This document shows, piece by piece, positions 62,953-64,000 of a stretch of 64,000 nt of DNA. Numbering within the stretch: the stretch's first letter is position 1; every line of letters starts with the position of its first letter. Under the pieces are notes generated by a model. That model searched no databases. It was not told the DNA's origin and worked only from the letters and a program-made list of their open reading frames with translations. This stretch comes from Phoronis australis (lineage: Eukaryota; Animalia; Phoronida), in the NCBI GenBank assembly GCA_002633005.1, contig NMRA01000410.1:151977-215976 (forward strand), given 5' to 3'. Position numbers and translations under genes: made by a program.

Positions 62953-64000
62953 TACATATCTAAATTACAGAAATTCACGGTTGGTCTAAAATAAGAGAAT
63001 ATAGATTGTGTTGAAAATCGCCCACAGACAAGTTTTCACGAGTTTTACCGATAAAATGAAATAAAATCAATATAATATAAGTTACGTTTTATAACTGATA
63101 ATTTCTAACAAATAAATTCACAACACAACTGGAAAGCACTTGCAGATGCTTTATCTCAAAGTTTGAGGCTACTGACATTGTCTCAGAAAATTTAAAAATT
63201 GTCTGGGTTTTCCGTCCGATCCCGGGGAAACTGTTTTAAATGTCGGGGTTAGTGTCTTTCGGGCTGGTTAGCTGAAGGTGAAGAAATCCTGTTTTCGACT
63301 TCGGGATATCTGTTTCACACCGTGGTACCAATTTCGATGGAACACCTTGAAATGGCAGTGTGTATTTTTTAACTGTTGGATCGCCAGAGCATCAATTTTA
63401 AGGATTGTTTTTTGCTCAAATGATTCGCGTATAGGCGCAAGCCCCTGGTTCTAAAAATACAGGCGCCTAAATACGGGCATCGACCGTAAAAATAAAGCGT
63501 TGAGTTTATCAGCGATGGAATTTTGCAAGAAATGATGTCATTTTAAGAGGCAGTCCATATAAAAACCAGTAGATTTTCAAAAATCAGTCTATACGTCAAA
63601 ATTTAAAACAACTTCATTTTTTTGTACATGGGTAGGTATCCTAACAAAAACCCAAATGCCAAATTTTGTGCACTCAATGACCCCTAATTTCGCCGCTGGA
63701 GCATGATAACACAAATTGGCACAATTGGGCATATTAGCCGTCTCAAAAATCACACGTTTTCAGCAACAAAAAGTAGTGTGTTACAAAATAGATCAAAAGC
63801 TACATTTTGGTGGCTGAATTAACCACCGTATACTATGCATAATTTTGTGCCATATATTAAAATCTGACAGTTTTGTGCTAGACAGGGGAAATAATCCACA
63901 GACCACTTTTGGGGCTAATTTTAGTGGCCATTTTTGTGACCATCTTACTGCCATAAAACACCTTGTAGCCTTATGTGACGTTTTGAACATACAGTTAAAG

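Overview
AT-rich, intron-containing animal genomic DNA, probably from an invertebrate; taxon not determined. Five protein-coding genes were reconstructed by hand from GT-AG splice sites and checked for reading-frame phase. (1) The last three exons of POP4 (RNase P/MRP p29; + strand, 478-1744). (2) A complete three-exon ALKBH2 with an N-terminal APIM motif (- strand, 7743-4152). (3) A ~1179-aa type I membrane protein with five CUB and four sushi domains alternating, a Ser/Thr stalk, a TM helix and an FxNPxY tail; its whole folded ectodomain lies in one ~3.1-kb coding exon (+ strand, 22255-26329). (4) A 224-aa centrin-like EF-hand protein with a Lys/Pro-rich N-terminus (- strand, 41854-33040). 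Its exon 2 appears twice within a 3.6-kb tandem duplication joined at an N, most likely two haplotypes. (5) An 80-aa two-exon gene whose second exon the ORF track misses, resembling a CD24/CD52-type GPI-anchored micro-glycoprotein with a DESGSG glycosaminoglycan site (+ strand, 49881-52350). The remainder is intron or intergenic DNA containing foldback/MITE elements, dispersed repeats, LINE remnants and microsatellites. No CRISPR, tRNA or rRNA was seen. No database searches were run.
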